Source of the DNA: Bacteroidaceae bacterium
GTDB taxonomy: Bacteria; Bacteroidota; Bacteroidia; Bacteroidales; Barnesiellaceae_A
Direction of reading: 5' to 3'
Length of the DNA: 64,000 nucleotides
Assembly (NCBI GenBank): GCA_017555825.1
Contig: JAFZFQ010000021.1
Span: 64,459 to 128,458, forward strand
Shown piece after piece: positions 48,710-59,152 of the stretch. The notes under the pieces are model-generated. The model was not told where the DNA came from. It worked only from the letters and a program-made list of their open reading frames with translations, and made no database searches. A program made the position numbers and the translations under genes. Each line of letters begins with the position of its first letter. The stretch's first letter is position 1.

Positions 48710-50047
48710 ATGTTTGAAAATCTAAGTGAAAGACTCGAACGATCGTTTAAGATACTGAAAGGTGAAGGCAAAATCACCGAAATCAACGTTGCCGAAACGC
48801 TGAAAGATGTGCGTCGCGCATTGCTCGACGCCGACGTAAACTATAAAGTTGCCAAACAATTTACCGACACCGTAAAGGCCAAAGCCTTGGGTCAAGACGT
48901 GCTCACTGCCGTTAAGCCCGGTCAAATGATGGTAAAAATCGTACACGACGAGTTGGCAACCCTTATGGGTGGAGAGACTGCCGATGTAAACATCAACGGC
49001 AATCCCGCTGTTATATTGATGTCAGGTTTGCAAGGTTCGGGTAAGACTACCTTCTCGGGCAAATTGGCCAAGATGCTCAAGTCGAAAAAGGCCAAACGCC
49101 CCTTGCTCGTAGCTTGCGACGTTTATCGTCCTGCGGCTATCGACCAGCTCAAGGTTCTCGGCGAGCAAATCGATGTGCCCGTTTACACCGAGGATGGCGT
49201 AAAAGACCCCGTACAAATTGCCAAGAATGGTATACAATATGCTCGCCAACACAACCTCGACCTCGTTATCGTCGATACAGCAGGTCGCTTGGCTATAGAC
49301 GAGCAAATGATGCAAGAGATAGCAGCTATCAAGGCCGCCATCAACCCCTCTGAGACACTCTTCGTTGTCGACTCAATGACCGGTCAAGATGCCGTAAACA
49401 CTGCCAAAGAGTTCAACGAGCGTCTCAACTTCGACGGCGTAGTGCTCACCAAGCTCGATGGTGATACTCGCGGTGGTGCTGCCCTCTCAATACGCACTGT
49501 GGTCAACAAGCCCATCAAGTTTGTGGGTATGGGCGAGAAGCTCGACGCTGTCGACTACTTCCACCCCTCGCGTATGGCCGACCGTATCTTGGGTATGGGT
49601 GACATCGTATCACTCGTAGAACGCGCACAAGAGCAATATGATGAAGAAGAGGCTCGTCGCTTGCAAAAGAAGATTGCCAAGAACCAATTCGACTTCAACG
49701 ACTTCCTCGCACAGATACACCAAATAAAGAAAATGGGTAACATCAAGGAGCTTGCCTCTATGATACCCGGTGTGGGCAAGGCTATCAAAGACATGGATAT
49801 AGACGACAACGCCTTCAAGGGCATTGAAGCCATTATCTACTCAATGACACCCGACGAGCGCACCAACCCCGCCATTCTCAATGGCTCACGTCGCCAACGC
49901 ATTGCCAAGGGTAGCGGTACTACCATACAAGAGGTAAACCGCCTCATAAAGCAATTTGACGACACACGCAAAGTAATGCGCATGGTAACACAAAATGGTG
50001 GCGCAGGCATGCGCAACGCCATGAAAAACATGCGTCATAGAAGATAA
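48710..50047 (+). CDS. ffh: signal recognition particle protein Ffh
   Basis: Starts MFENLSERLERSFK. GTPase G1 is GLQGSGKTT, then DTAGR and TKLDG. It has a methionine-rich M-domain. The ORF track starts at 48638. Confidence 0.95.
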   Translation: MFENLSERLERSFKILKGEGKITEINVAETLKDVRRALLDADVNYKVAKQFTDTVKAKALGQDVLTAVKPGQMMVKIVHDELATLMGGETADVNINGNPAVILMSGLQGSGKTTFSGKLAKMLKSKKAKRPLLVACDVYRPAAIDQLKVLGEQIDVPVYTEDGVKDPVQIAKNGIQYARQHNLDLVIVDTAGRLAIDEQMMQEIAAIKAAINPSETLFVVDSMTGQDAVNTAKEFNERLNFDGVVLTKLDGDTRGGAALSIRTVVNKPIKFVGMGEKLDAVDYFHPSRMADRILGMGDIVSLVERAQEQYDEEEARRLQKKIAKNQFDFNDFLAQIHQIKKMGNIKELASMIPGVGKAIKDMDIDDNAFKGIEAIIYSMTPDERTNPAILNGSRRQRIAKGSGTTIQEVNRLIKQFDDTRKVMRMVTQNGGAGMRNAMKNMRHRR

Positions 50048-50073
50048 TATTTTAACCCTTTAAATAGATAACA

Positions 50074-50958
50074 ATGCAACTGATTGATGGAAAATCTATC
50101 GCGGCTAAAATCAAGCAAGAGATAGCCGACGAGGTTAAAGAAATAGTAGCCGCAGGAGGCAAACGTCCCCACTTGGCAGCCGTATTGATAGGCCACGATG
50201 GTGGTAGCGAGAGCTACGTTGCTCACAAAGTACAAGCTTGCGAGCAATGCGGTTTCAAATCGTCACTGCTCCGCTTCGACGAGAACATTACCGAAGACGA
50301 GTTGTTGGCCGAGATTCACAAGCTCAACAACGACGACGATGTAGACGGCTTTATCGTACAACTCCCCTTGCCCAAGCACATCCGCGAGCAAAAGGTAATT
50401 GAGGCCATCGACTACCACAAAGACGTCGACGGTTTCCACCCCATCAACGTAGGTCGCCTCTCTATAGGTCTGCCCTGCTTCGTATCGGCCACTCCCTCGG
50501 GTATCATCGAGCTGTTGCGTCGCTACGACATCGACACCAAAGGCAAGCACTGCGTAGTATTGGGCCGTAGCAACATCGTAGGCAAGCCCGTTGCATCGCT
50601 CATGATGCAAAAGAGCAAGCCCGGCAACGCCACAGTTACCGTATGCCACAGTGGCACACCCAACCTCAAGGAGATATGCCGCACTGCCGACATCATCATC
50701 GCAGCCATGGGTTGCCCCAACTTCGTAACTGCCGATATGGTGAAAGAGGGCGCCGTAGTAATCGACGTAGGTACCACTCGCCTTCCCGACCCCAACAGCC
50801 CCAAAGGCTGGACACTCACCGGTGACGTATGTTTCGACGAGGTAGCACCCCGCTGCTCATACATTACCCCCGTACCCGGTGGTGTAGGCCCCATGACCAT
50901 CGTTTCGCTCATGCGCAACACCCTCTTGGCAGGCAAGAAGTGCGTGTTTGACTTCTAA
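50074..50958 (+). CDS. folD: bifunctional methylene-THF dehydrogenase / methenyl-THF cyclohydrolase
   Basis: 294 aa. Conserved blocks are [21 protein letters not shown] and [10 protein letters not shown]. Confidence 0.95.
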   Translation: MQLIDGKSIAAKIKQEIADEVKEIVAAGGKRPHLAAVLIGHDGGSESYVAHKVQACEQCGFKSSLLRFDENITEDELLAEIHKLNNDDDVDGFIVQLPLPKHIREQKVIEAIDYHKDVDGFHPINVGRLSIGLPCFVSATPSGIIELLRRYDIDTKGKHCVVLGRSNIVGKPVASLMMQKSKPGNATVTVCHSGTPNLKEICRTADIIIAAMGCPNFVTADMVKEGAVVIDVGTTRLPDPNSPKGWTLTGDVCFDEVAPRCSYITPVPGGVGPMTIVSLMRNTLLAGKKCVFDF

Positions 50959-50982
50959 TCGACCTCTACACAACCCACATAA

Positions 50983-51018
50983 GCGACACCTTTCCACACG
51001 GAGAGGTGTCGCATTTTT
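50983..51018 (+). terminator. rho-independent terminator after folD
   Basis: GCGACACCT-…-AGGTGTCGC followed by ATTTTT. Confidence 0.7.
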
Positions 51019-51143
51019 ATATGTCGGGGCACAAGCGTTTTTCATAACAAAAACACCACAAAAAACTTGACTTTTCGGCAAAAATTGCGTAAGTTTGTCT
51101 AAAGAAAAACAAATACTCAATCTACAAAGAAAACACTATCGAT

Positions 51144-51983
51144 ATGAAATATATAGGAGCACACGTAAGCGCACAAGGCGGACTCGAAAACGCCGCCATC
51201 AATGCCCACGCCATAGGCGCACGAGCATTTGCACTATTTACCAAGAACCAACGTCAGTGGCAAGCCCCGGCACTCACCGCCAAGAGCATCGAAGCCTTCA
51301 AGGCCGCATGTGCACAATATGGCTACACCCCCAACCACATACTACCCCACGACAGCTACCTCATCAACCTGGGACACCCCGAAGCCGATGGGCTCGAAAA
51401 GTCGCGCCAATCGTTTATCCACGAGATGCAACGCTGTGAGGCACTCGGACTCACCATGCTCAACTTCCACCCCGGTAGCCACCTGCGAGCCATAGACCTC
51501 GACACCTGCCTCACACGCATAGCCGACAGCATAAACATGGCCCTCGAACAAACAAACGGCGTAACAGCCGTCATAGAGAACACCGCCGGACAAGGTAGCA
51601 ACGTAGGCTTCGACTTTGCCCACCTTGCCGCCATTATAGACCGCGTCGAAGACAAGAGTCGCGTAGGAGTGTGCATAGACACCTGCCACGCCTATGCCGC
51701 AGGCTACGACCTCGCCACCGACGAAGGTTTCGCCAAGACCTGGCAAGAATTTGACAACATTGTCGGATTTAACTACCTGCGAGGCATGCACCTCAACGAC
51801 GCCAAGAAAGGCCTGGGATCGCGCGTCGACCGCCACGACAGCCTCGGCAAAGGCATACTCGGCACACGCTGCTTCGAGCTACTCATGCAAGACCCGCGCT
51901 TCGACAACATACCCCTCATACTCGAAACCCCCGACGAAACCCTCTGGGCACAAGAAATAGAGTGGCTATATAGCCTTGCCTAG
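51144..51983 (+). CDS. nfo: endonuclease IV (deoxyribonuclease IV)
   Basis: 279 aa. Conserved blocks are [23 protein letters not shown] and CIDTCH. A TAAGTTTG box lies at 51090-51097. Confidence 0.95.
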   Translation: MKYIGAHVSAQGGLENAAINAHAIGARAFALFTKNQRQWQAPALTAKSIEAFKAACAQYGYTPNHILPHDSYLINLGHPEADGLEKSRQSFIHEMQRCEALGLTMLNFHPGSHLRAIDLDTCLTRIADSINMALEQTNGVTAVIENTAGQGSNVGFDFAHLAAIIDRVEDKSRVGVCIDTCHAYAAGYDLATDEGFAKTWQEFDNIVGFNYLRGMHLNDAKKGLGSRVDRHDSLGKGILGTRCFELLMQDPRFDNIPLILETPDETLWAQEIEWLYSLA

Positions 51984-53177
51984 TAAGCACCAAACAACAC
52001 TTTTCTTTCTTTGATGTGATTACAGACAACGCGATGGCAACATCGACAGCACCCATTTGTGTTGTGAATTGATGAAATTTTGTATCTTTGATGTGATTAC
52101 AGACAACGTACAATCAGCGCGAAGCCGTTAGCGGTGTGTTGTGAATTGATGAAATTTTGTATCTTTGATGTGATTACAGACAACTTATTTGAACTCATAA
52201 ACTACGCAGAAGTTGTGAATTGATGAAATTTTGTATCTTTGATGTGATTACAGACAACTCTCTCTTCACTCTCTCAAGCTCGCCGCTCGTTGTGAATTGA
52301 TGAAATTTTGTATCTTTGATGTGATTACAGACAACAGCTGATTGACCGCTTGGAACACTTGCTTTGTTGTGAATTGATGAAATTTTGTATCTTTGATGTG
52401 ATTACAGACAACTTTAAGCGATTAAATAGCCCACTTTTTGTAGTTGTGAATTGATGAAATTTTGTATCTTTGATGTGATTACAGACAACGATATGCCGAA
52501 GCAACCACGAACCATTGTGTTGTGAATTGATGAAATTTTGTATCTTTGATGTGATTACAGACAACCGTGAGGTTCTGCACCATCGCGGAATGTTGGTTGT
52601 GAATTGATGAAATTTTGTATCTTTGATGTGATTACAGACAACTCAACAATGAAAAAGATAGTATTTGTATTAGTTGTGAATTGATGAAATTTTGTATCTT
52701 TGATGTGATTACAGACAACATACCATTAACTAATGGCAAATTTATTGAGGTTGTGAATTGATGAAATTTTGTATCTTTGATGTGATTACAGACAACCTCA
52801 CCTATCTCTATACCTCCATATCTTTGTTGTGAATTGATGAAATTTTGTATCTTTGATGTGATTACAGACAACCTACACTTTGCCGAACCCTCATCTATCA
52901 AGGTTGTGAATTGATGAAATTTTGTATCTTTGATGTGATTACAGACAACGCACCACGAAGATTGTGCTGAACGCTTCCGTTGTGAATTGATGAAATTTTG
53001 TATCTTTGATGTGATTACAGACAACGCATTGACGGATTGAAGAAACGATAACCCGTTGTGAATTGATGAAATTTTGTATCTTTGATGTGATTACAGACAA
53101 CGCCGAGTATAACCACGCCGTACACACTACGTTGTGAATTGATGAAATTTTGTATCTTTGATGTGATTACAGACAAC
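51984..53177 (+). CRISPR. CRISPR array: 15 identical 47-nt repeats + 1 degenerate terminal repeat, 15 spacers (type II-C style)
   Basis: The repeat is GTTGTGAATTGATGAAATTTTGTATCTTTGATGTGATTACAGACAAC. Copies start at 52061, 52138, 52212, 52289, 52366, 52443, 52519, 52596, 52673, 52750, 52826, 52903, 52979, 53055 and 53131. The degenerate copy at 51984-52030 has only its last 23 nt identical. Spacers are unique and 27-30 nt long. The + strand is assigned from tracrRNA complementarity and the repeat-internal promoter box. Confidence 0.97.
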
Positions 53178-53249
53178 ACAATATTCGCATCAAATTGTAT
53201 ATCAACAAGATATACCGCAGATTAGAAATAAAAAAAATGTCTGTAAAAC

Positions 53250-53282
53250 AACAAAACCGGCCTTGTAAAGGTCGGTTTTGTT
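53250..53282. terminator. hairpin between the array and the cas2 stop
   Basis: AACAAAACCGGCC-ttgtaaa-GGTCGGTTTTGTT: a 13-bp stem in which one position is G:U on the + transcript but A/C on the minus transcript. A T8 run follows on the minus strand (the cas2 side). Confidence 0.6.
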
Positions 53283-53285
53283 GTT

Positions 53286-53627
<342 letters not shown>

Positions 53628-54560
53628 CTAAAGTGTAGGATAAGCAATCTTACGCACTTCTCCCGTGAAACATGCTGCCAATGATGCTGTAGTACGACCC
53701 ATAGCCACCATTAATGGGCTGTGTCGTCCCTCGATATTAACATCGAGCACGGGTATTGTGAGCAGTTGTGACTTGATGTCGCGCGAGAGTTGCGTTATAT
53801 CGCCACACTCGCGCACTATATCGGCCACTAAACAATCCACATAGGGACGATATGGCTCCATGATATCGTCTGCTAGGCAATAGGCATTGTAGCGGTTGTG
53901 ATGATGTATGCCCAAGGTGGGTAAGAGTCCGCTACCCACCAAAGCCCTTGCCACTACGGCACGCAGTATTGCGTAGCCGTAGTTGAGCAAATTGTTGGGA
54001 GGCTCACCTTCACGTCCGCGCTCAAAATCGGGGTATTGCGGGAAAAACGTACGCCAATAATAGACTGCTGCACGCGCCTCGTAGTTGTCGGGGTCGCCAC
54101 TGCGCACATCGCGCGCCCATGCACGCATATTGCCTACCTCGCACCCCACTACGTGTTGCAAAGCCGTGGCTTGGTTGTTTATCTTGGCTTGTACGGTTTG
54201 TTGCCACAACTGCTTTTTGAGTGGCAACGAAGCCTCTATCTGATATCGAAATCGTTCACTCTGCAACGTGTTACCATCGAGGGGCAACATCAATCCGGTG
54301 GGCATGTGGTTGCTGTCGCACGACACCACAGCACAATTATTATTGAGCAGAGCCTCAAGCACTGCTTGTGTTATGGTTATCTGCTTGTTGTCGAGCACCA
54401 CTACCCCTATATCCTCAATGGGAATCATGCGCACCGCATCTTGCTTGAAGCTATCGGGCAAAGTATCATTGCGCTCTACCTCAGGTAGCTTTATCACCAA
54501 CTGGCTATTCTTGAGGCTTAAATAGGCCGGATTGCTGAAACAGATTGTTTTCTTTATCAT
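53628..54560 (-). CDS. cas1: CRISPR-associated endonuclease Cas1 (type II)
   Basis: 310 aa. Conserved C-terminal blocks are NNLLNYGYAILRA, LGIHHHN and LADDIMEPYRP. The start codon lies 1 nt after the cas9 stop. Confidence 0.9.
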   Translation of the reverse strand: MIKKTICFSNPAYLSLKNSQLVIKLPEVERNDTLPDSFKQDAVRMIPIEDIGVVVLDNKQITITQAVLEALLNNNCAVVSCDSNHMPTGLMLPLDGNTLQSERFRYQIEASLPLKKQLWQQTVQAKINNQATALQHVVGCEVGNMRAWARDVRSGDPDNYEARAAVYYWRTFFPQYPDFERGREGEPPNNLLNYGYAILRAVVARALVGSGLLPTLGIHHHNRYNAYCLADDIMEPYRPYVDCLVADIVRECGDITQLSRDIKSQLLTIPVLDVNIEGRHSPLMVAMGRTTASLAACFTGEVRKIAYPTL

Positions 54561-54561
54561 A

Positions 54562-57500
54562 TCATTCTCTACCTTTTATAGAAATATTTCCCAATCTATC
54601 AATCTTGAGGGGCAGGCATATTTCTTTGATCATCTCATCTGTCCATGCTCTTTCTGATTTATTATTACTACCCAATTCAACAGTTTGAGCAATAGGATTG
54701 GCAATATTCACCGGCACAAAAAATACTTGAGATTTCGAGCAACTCACCATTTTATAGATACGACTCTTATCTATCGAGGTTATCTCACCACCATCCGACG
54801 GAACGTAAACCAAATCATTGGGCGATAGGACATACTTAGGACTATTGCCAGACTCGTCGGCAGGAGCCGGCGACAAGCCTTGCTTGAGTCTATCCATCAC
54901 AACATTCAAGGGAATTGTTGCAAAAGTTCGTTTCTTCACAATAGCTCCGGTCTCCTCATTTACCAACTCGTTTTCGTATATTGCAAAATATAAATTAGTA
55001 CCTTTGTCCGCCTCTACAAACTTGCTTACTTTGTTACCGACCTGACCAACGGCAAATTTATCGGCTTTTTCATATACGCGCACCTTGTATATAGGCTGAT
55101 GTAATTTACCACCATTGAGTTGTTGAATATTTCTATTCATTTCATCAATTCCATCTTCAGAGAAGGCCAATTCGGGATTACCGCCATAGTTCTCAAGATG
55201 ATTCAATAATATCTTACATATACCACTATCGGTTACACTCGACTCTATCTTCTTCTTATCGAAACTTGTGTCCAACACCTTTCGCGTAGCAAAATAGCGG
55301 TCTTTTGTATCCTTTGTAAAGTAATACACATCTACCTTAGAGAGATTTATATCACTCCACACATCTTTATTTTCATCAATATGCTTTTTGATTTTCTTGG
55401 CATCCAATCCTTTGTCCAACAACATCAAGACTTCCTTTTTAAACTCTTTCACGACAATACACTCGGGATGCTTAAGAGCTTCATTCAAAGAAACAGCCTT
55501 TATCTTTCTCAAATTCACCTCTCCATACACTGTATCTTTGTGCATAGACTTGCGTATAGCCCAATTAGTAGGCATTCCCGCACCACCTTGTTTACACACA
55601 ACCTTCTTGCCTGTAGCGGGGTCGTACTTGGTATAATAGTTATTGGCCTTATTGATAACACGAAGATTTTGCTTGAAACTTGCAACAATATCATTGAGGG
55701 TTTTATAGACATCTTCGGTAAACGACAACCAAGGTTTCTTCAGTTGCCATTTATAATTGCCATTTAAATCAGTCTTGACCTTCTCGCACAAAATCTGTTG
55801 TAAGTCGTGTCTTGAAATCTGGGCCTTGGCACTGGCCGACTCATTATTGAGATAGTTTACAATATTTCGGTTTGCACATGCTATCACAATAGCATCCATC
55901 GCATGATGACGATGATCTATGCGTTTTTTATTGAACCCTTTTTGCAAATCTATAGGTATGCTGGGTACTTCATGACCGTTGGCTGTAAATGCAGTAAACT
56001 GATTTGTATCTTTCAGTTGATTTAAGCGTTGGAAACGAGGCAGTACAATTTTGTTCCATACATCATTCACACCCCAATCTTTTTTCAAGCGATCGGTTAC
56101 ACCTCCGGTACATACAATTACATTTTTTGAAACCGCCTCTTCCTCGCCCTCCTCTCTAACAACATTAGACATTAGATTCTTTACAAGTTTGCTTATATAT
56201 CTACTATCGTTAAGCTGACGAGCAATAAAATCTTCGGGAATACTTTCCATCAATAACTTACGCATCTTCTCACGATTGGCCGAATAGTATTTTTTCACAA
56301 AGTCCTCATACTCATCCTCTGTAAAAATTCTAACTACCTTACCAAAACTGAGTTCTACTTTTTCACCATGATGTTTTTTGATAAATTCATAACCCAATTT
56401 ATTATCTTTGAGTTTGTTTACCTCCGACTCACATATAACTTTATTGCTGAAAGAGTCATCGAAGAAACGCGACTGTGGAATTATGTGCTCTATTTCATAC
56501 ATTGGTGTAAAGAGTTTACCCAAAGGTATTATCTCTCCGGTATAGGGCGAGCGATATTTTTGCTCCAACCACAATTTATATCGCAACACTTCGCTACGAG
56601 TCGGACGCTTCTTAACATCACTCTCGCTAAATTTCTTGATAATGGTACTAATTTCTTCGGGCAATTCTGAGACGCTATTCAAAACACCATCTTCATAAAT
56701 ACGCAATATATCTTGTTGACTTGGAGAATGTGGACGCACGTTGTCTATATCGAATTCCAGATTCATAAACTCCATCAACATTGCCTTAATACGCAAATTG
56801 GTATTTTCGTTTTCAATAACACGTTCAGTAATACGTTTGCGCTTATCGGCCGGATTTTTCATTTCTCTGCCCAACTCAATGTGTATCTCATCAATATGTC
56901 CAACTTGTTTCCAGATATCACGCACTGTACGCAACGTCTCTGTAATAACTTGTTCTACAATTGGGTTACGCAAAGAGTGTTGCTTAAACGATTTTAGATA
57001 ATTATCTACATCCTCGGGAGTGTTCCACTTATGGAGTTCGCCCGACTCGGCATGTCGGCCATAGACAACATAACATGCAAGCCACAAAGGCAAGCCTCTA
57101 AAGTCTGCAATATTATTGAGATGTATCGTTTTCTCTCTTACTCTCAACTTTATATTGTCATCATATTCTCCTGTTATCAACTTCTCAATACGCTCCTTGG
57201 TATACTCGTCAATGGCTTGCTCTCGCCAATATTTACCACAACGCATGAGAGGCAACAACTTCTTGATAGCCTTGGCAGAGTATGCTCCATAATCTTTGTC
57301 GAATGGCGGAAATTTCTTGAACACTTCAATAAAACTACTATTCAATGAGTGTTTATAAGCAAATTTTGTCAATGCTTTAACAAACTCCTCTTTGTCGGTA
57401 ACAGAATAGAGTATATGCCATAAATTCTCCTCTATATCATTGGTCAAAAAAGCAGATGATATATCGGCTTTTTTCAGCAACGACAATATTATTGCATGGG

Positions 57501-59070
57501 TTTCATTGCAAGGATAGTTCTTGTCTTGAACATAATTCCATCTATACTGAGCAAGTTGTTTTTTATCAATATATCTACCAAGCAGGGCTTTTTGATTGAT
57601 TTCTTTTCTTTCATTCAGCCAATCGAATAATTCGGCATAATCATCTTCTCCTTTAATAAATTCGGCTGTAACATCTTCATCTTTTGTTGCACCCAACTTA
57701 TAAATGCGCAGATTGCTTATAAACTGCCAAAGTCGAAATTCTTGAAATATGGGATGCGATTTAGCAATACACTTCAATGCGTATCGTGTTTCTTTACCAT
57801 TATTTAGTAGATCTCTTGACACTCTACTTTCATAGGGACAGCTATCAATCAATGATTTTTTACTCTTCAAAGGTCGTTGATAGAAAAGTATATCATCAAC
57901 CAATAAGTAAACAAAATCTCTATGTGCAATATCATTGCGATGAGCAACATTATTGGGATATAGATGCTCTATACAAGAGGCATAGAGGTCTCTATCATTT
58001 AGCTCTGGATGAAATTCTTTTTGCTTCTGCAATATTCGCACAAGTTCTTCTTTATAAAACTTACGTTCAATAGTACGCACCAATTTTCCACGCACCTTTT
58101 GTGTCGGATTTTGCAATATTGCATCATATATATACTCTCCCACACTCTTTCCTGAACTTTGAATATTTGCTTGCGTCTTCTCTTTTACCAACGTCCAATC
58201 TTCTTCTTTAGGAACACGGAAAGAGCGTTTTACATTACCATCTTTATCCTTCTTGGGTGTACCGTCTGTATCCAAATCAGTGGTAACGATAAACTCTTTA
58301 GTTTTTCCCACCCAATCGAGAAATACAGAACTTGGCCTACGATATATCCAACCATTCTCTAAATGGACATTATACCATATATCCTTACCCTTTCTATCAC
58401 CCGAATCTTCTACCGCTACAACTTTCAAGGCATGATACTCAACAAGTTTGTCATTATTTGCCTCATCCTCTTCACCTCGCAACTGATAATATCCTCGTTT
58501 TTGATTGAAATTCAATAATATCCAAGCAAGCTCTTCTTTAGTTATTGGCTTGGATAAAGCCTTCTTGCGAATATAATATATAGTCCAATCATACGGTATT
58601 TTTTTCTTATTGCCATCGTTTCCTATAATTTGTGGGTGGTTCGACGCAAACTCGCACAACATTTCATCAAACGACTCTTGAAATAAGAAATGACTATTAC
58701 CATTTTCATCATGAGCCCACGGCAATTTGGGTTCTTGATTGTTAATAAACTTACCATATCGATCCAACGCACTTGCATAGTGCTGTGGCAAAAAACCACA
58801 CAAATTCAATATTCTATGCAACCTTTCACGACGCAATAGCGCGCGCTCACGCAAATGGCGCATGCCTCGCATCCTTGTTCGTTCTGCCGTTTGTGAAATG
58901 GAATTCCCTCTATCAAAATCACTTAACACCGCAGCATCCAAAGGTATGATGCGAGTTCCTGCATCCTCAATATGCTCTAAATAGGTATTACCATCTATAT
59001 CAGTATTCGCATTTACAACAGCCCATCCTATACTATTTGTTCCTAAGTCTAATCCGAGAATAGTTTTCAT
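54562..59070 (-). CDS. cas9: type II-C CRISPR-associated endonuclease Cas9 (large Bacteroidota form)
   Basis: 1502 aa. RuvC-I is ILGLDLGTNSIGWAV. The bridge helix is arginine-rich (RTRMRGMRHLRERALLRRERLHRIL). RuvC-II is IHIELGREM, HNH is YEIEHIIPQSRFFDDSFSNKV...VNKLKDN, and RuvC-III is DHRHHAMDAIVIA. All catalytic residues appear intact. Confidence 0.95.
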   Translation of the reverse strand: MKTILGLDLGTNSIGWAVVNANTDIDGNTYLEHIEDAGTRIIPLDAAVLSDFDRGNSISQTAERTRMRGMRHLRERALLRRERLHRILNLCGFLPQHYASALDRYGKFINNQEPKLPWAHDENGNSHFLFQESFDEMLCEFASNHPQIIGNDGNKKKIPYDWTIYYIRKKALSKPITKEELAWILLNFNQKRGYYQLRGEEDEANNDKLVEYHALKVVAVEDSGDRKGKDIWYNVHLENGWIYRRPSSVFLDWVGKTKEFIVTTDLDTDGTPKKDKDGNVKRSFRVPKEEDWTLVKEKTQANIQSSGKSVGEYIYDAILQNPTQKVRGKLVRTIERKFYKEELVRILQKQKEFHPELNDRDLYASCIEHLYPNNVAHRNDIAHRDFVYLLVDDILFYQRPLKSKKSLIDSCPYESRVSRDLLNNGKETRYALKCIAKSHPIFQEFRLWQFISNLRIYKLGATKDEDVTAEFIKGEDDYAELFDWLNERKEINQKALLGRYIDKKQLAQYRWNYVQDKNYPCNETHAIILSLLKKADISSAFLTNDIEENLWHILYSVTDKEEFVKALTKFAYKHSLNSSFIEVFKKFPPFDKDYGAYSAKAIKKLLPLMRCGKYWREQAIDEYTKERIEKLITGEYDDNIKLRVREKTIHLNNIADFRGLPLWLACYVVYGRHAESGELHKWNTPEDVDNYLKSFKQHSLRNPIVEQVITETLRTVRDIWKQVGHIDEIHIELGREMKNPADKRKRITERVIENENTNLRIKAMLMEFMNLEFDIDNVRPHSPSQQDILRIYEDGVLNSVSELPEEISTIIKKFSESDVKKRPTRSEVLRYKLWLEQKYRSPYTGEIIPLGKLFTPMYEIEHIIPQSRFFDDSFSNKVICESEVNKLKDNKLGYEFIKKHHGEKVELSFGKVVRIFTEDEYEDFVKKYYSANREKMRKLLMESIPEDFIARQLNDSRYISKLVKNLMSNVVREEGEEEAVSKNVIVCTGGVTDRLKKDWGVNDVWNKIVLPRFQRLNQLKDTNQFTAFTANGHEVPSIPIDLQKGFNKKRIDHRHHAMDAIVIACANRNIVNYLNNESASAKAQISRHDLQQILCEKVKTDLNGNYKWQLKKPWLSFTEDVYKTLNDIVASFKQNLRVINKANNYYTKYDPATGKKVVCKQGGAGMPTNWAIRKSMHKDTVYGEVNLRKIKAVSLNEALKHPECIVVKEFKKEVLMLLDKGLDAKKIKKHIDENKDVWSDINLSKVDVYYFTKDTKDRYFATRKVLDTSFDKKKIESSVTDSGICKILLNHLENYGGNPELAFSEDGIDEMNRNIQQLNGGKLHQPIYKVRVYEKADKFAVGQVGNKVSKFVEADKGTNLYFAIYENELVNEETGAIVKKRTFATIPLNVVMDRLKQGLSPAPADESGNSPKYVLSPNDLVYVPSDGGEITSIDKSRIYKMVSCSKSQVFFVPVNIANPIAQTVELGSNNKSERAWTDEMIKEICLPLKIDRLGNISIKGRE

Positions 59071-59141
59071 AAAATTGAATTTAAATTTTTCGCAAGTTAA
59101 GAAATATTTGTCTTAAACTATTATTTAGTTTGAAAATTTAT

Positions 59142-59149
59142 TATATTTG
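59142..59149 (+). promoter_or_regulatory. -7 box TATATTTG driving the predicted tracrRNA
   Basis: Exact TAnnTTTG match 6 nt upstream of the start of anti-repeat complementarity. It is divergent from the cas9 start at 59070. Confidence 0.5.
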
Positions 59150-59152
59150 CAA

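Noticed and set aside
52325-53127. ORF-track ORFs running through the CRISPR array (79, 130 and 62 aa, with the recurring peptide SVITSKIQNFINSQ / VVCNHIKDTKFHQFTT)
   Set aside because: The repeated peptides are translations of the 47-nt CRISPR repeat in different frames. There is no independent coding evidence.
52031-53130. Self-targeting spacers (matches of the 15 spacers elsewhere in this window)
   Set aside because: I saw no match by eye against the rest of the window. This was not an exhaustive search and says nothing about the rest of the genome, so it should be redone computationally.
53238-53246. Inverted 9-mer TGTCTGTAA (complement of the TTACAGACA part of the CRISPR repeat) in the array-cas2 spacer
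   Set aside because: It is too short to distinguish from chance. It does not extend, and the true anti-repeat with 20+ nt of complementarity is at 59156-59175.
59071-59141. Clear cas9 promoter box on the minus strand
   Set aside because: Only an imperfect TAACTTGC (one mismatch to TAnnTTTG) lies ~20 nt upstream of the cas9 ATG. That is not strong enough to annotate.
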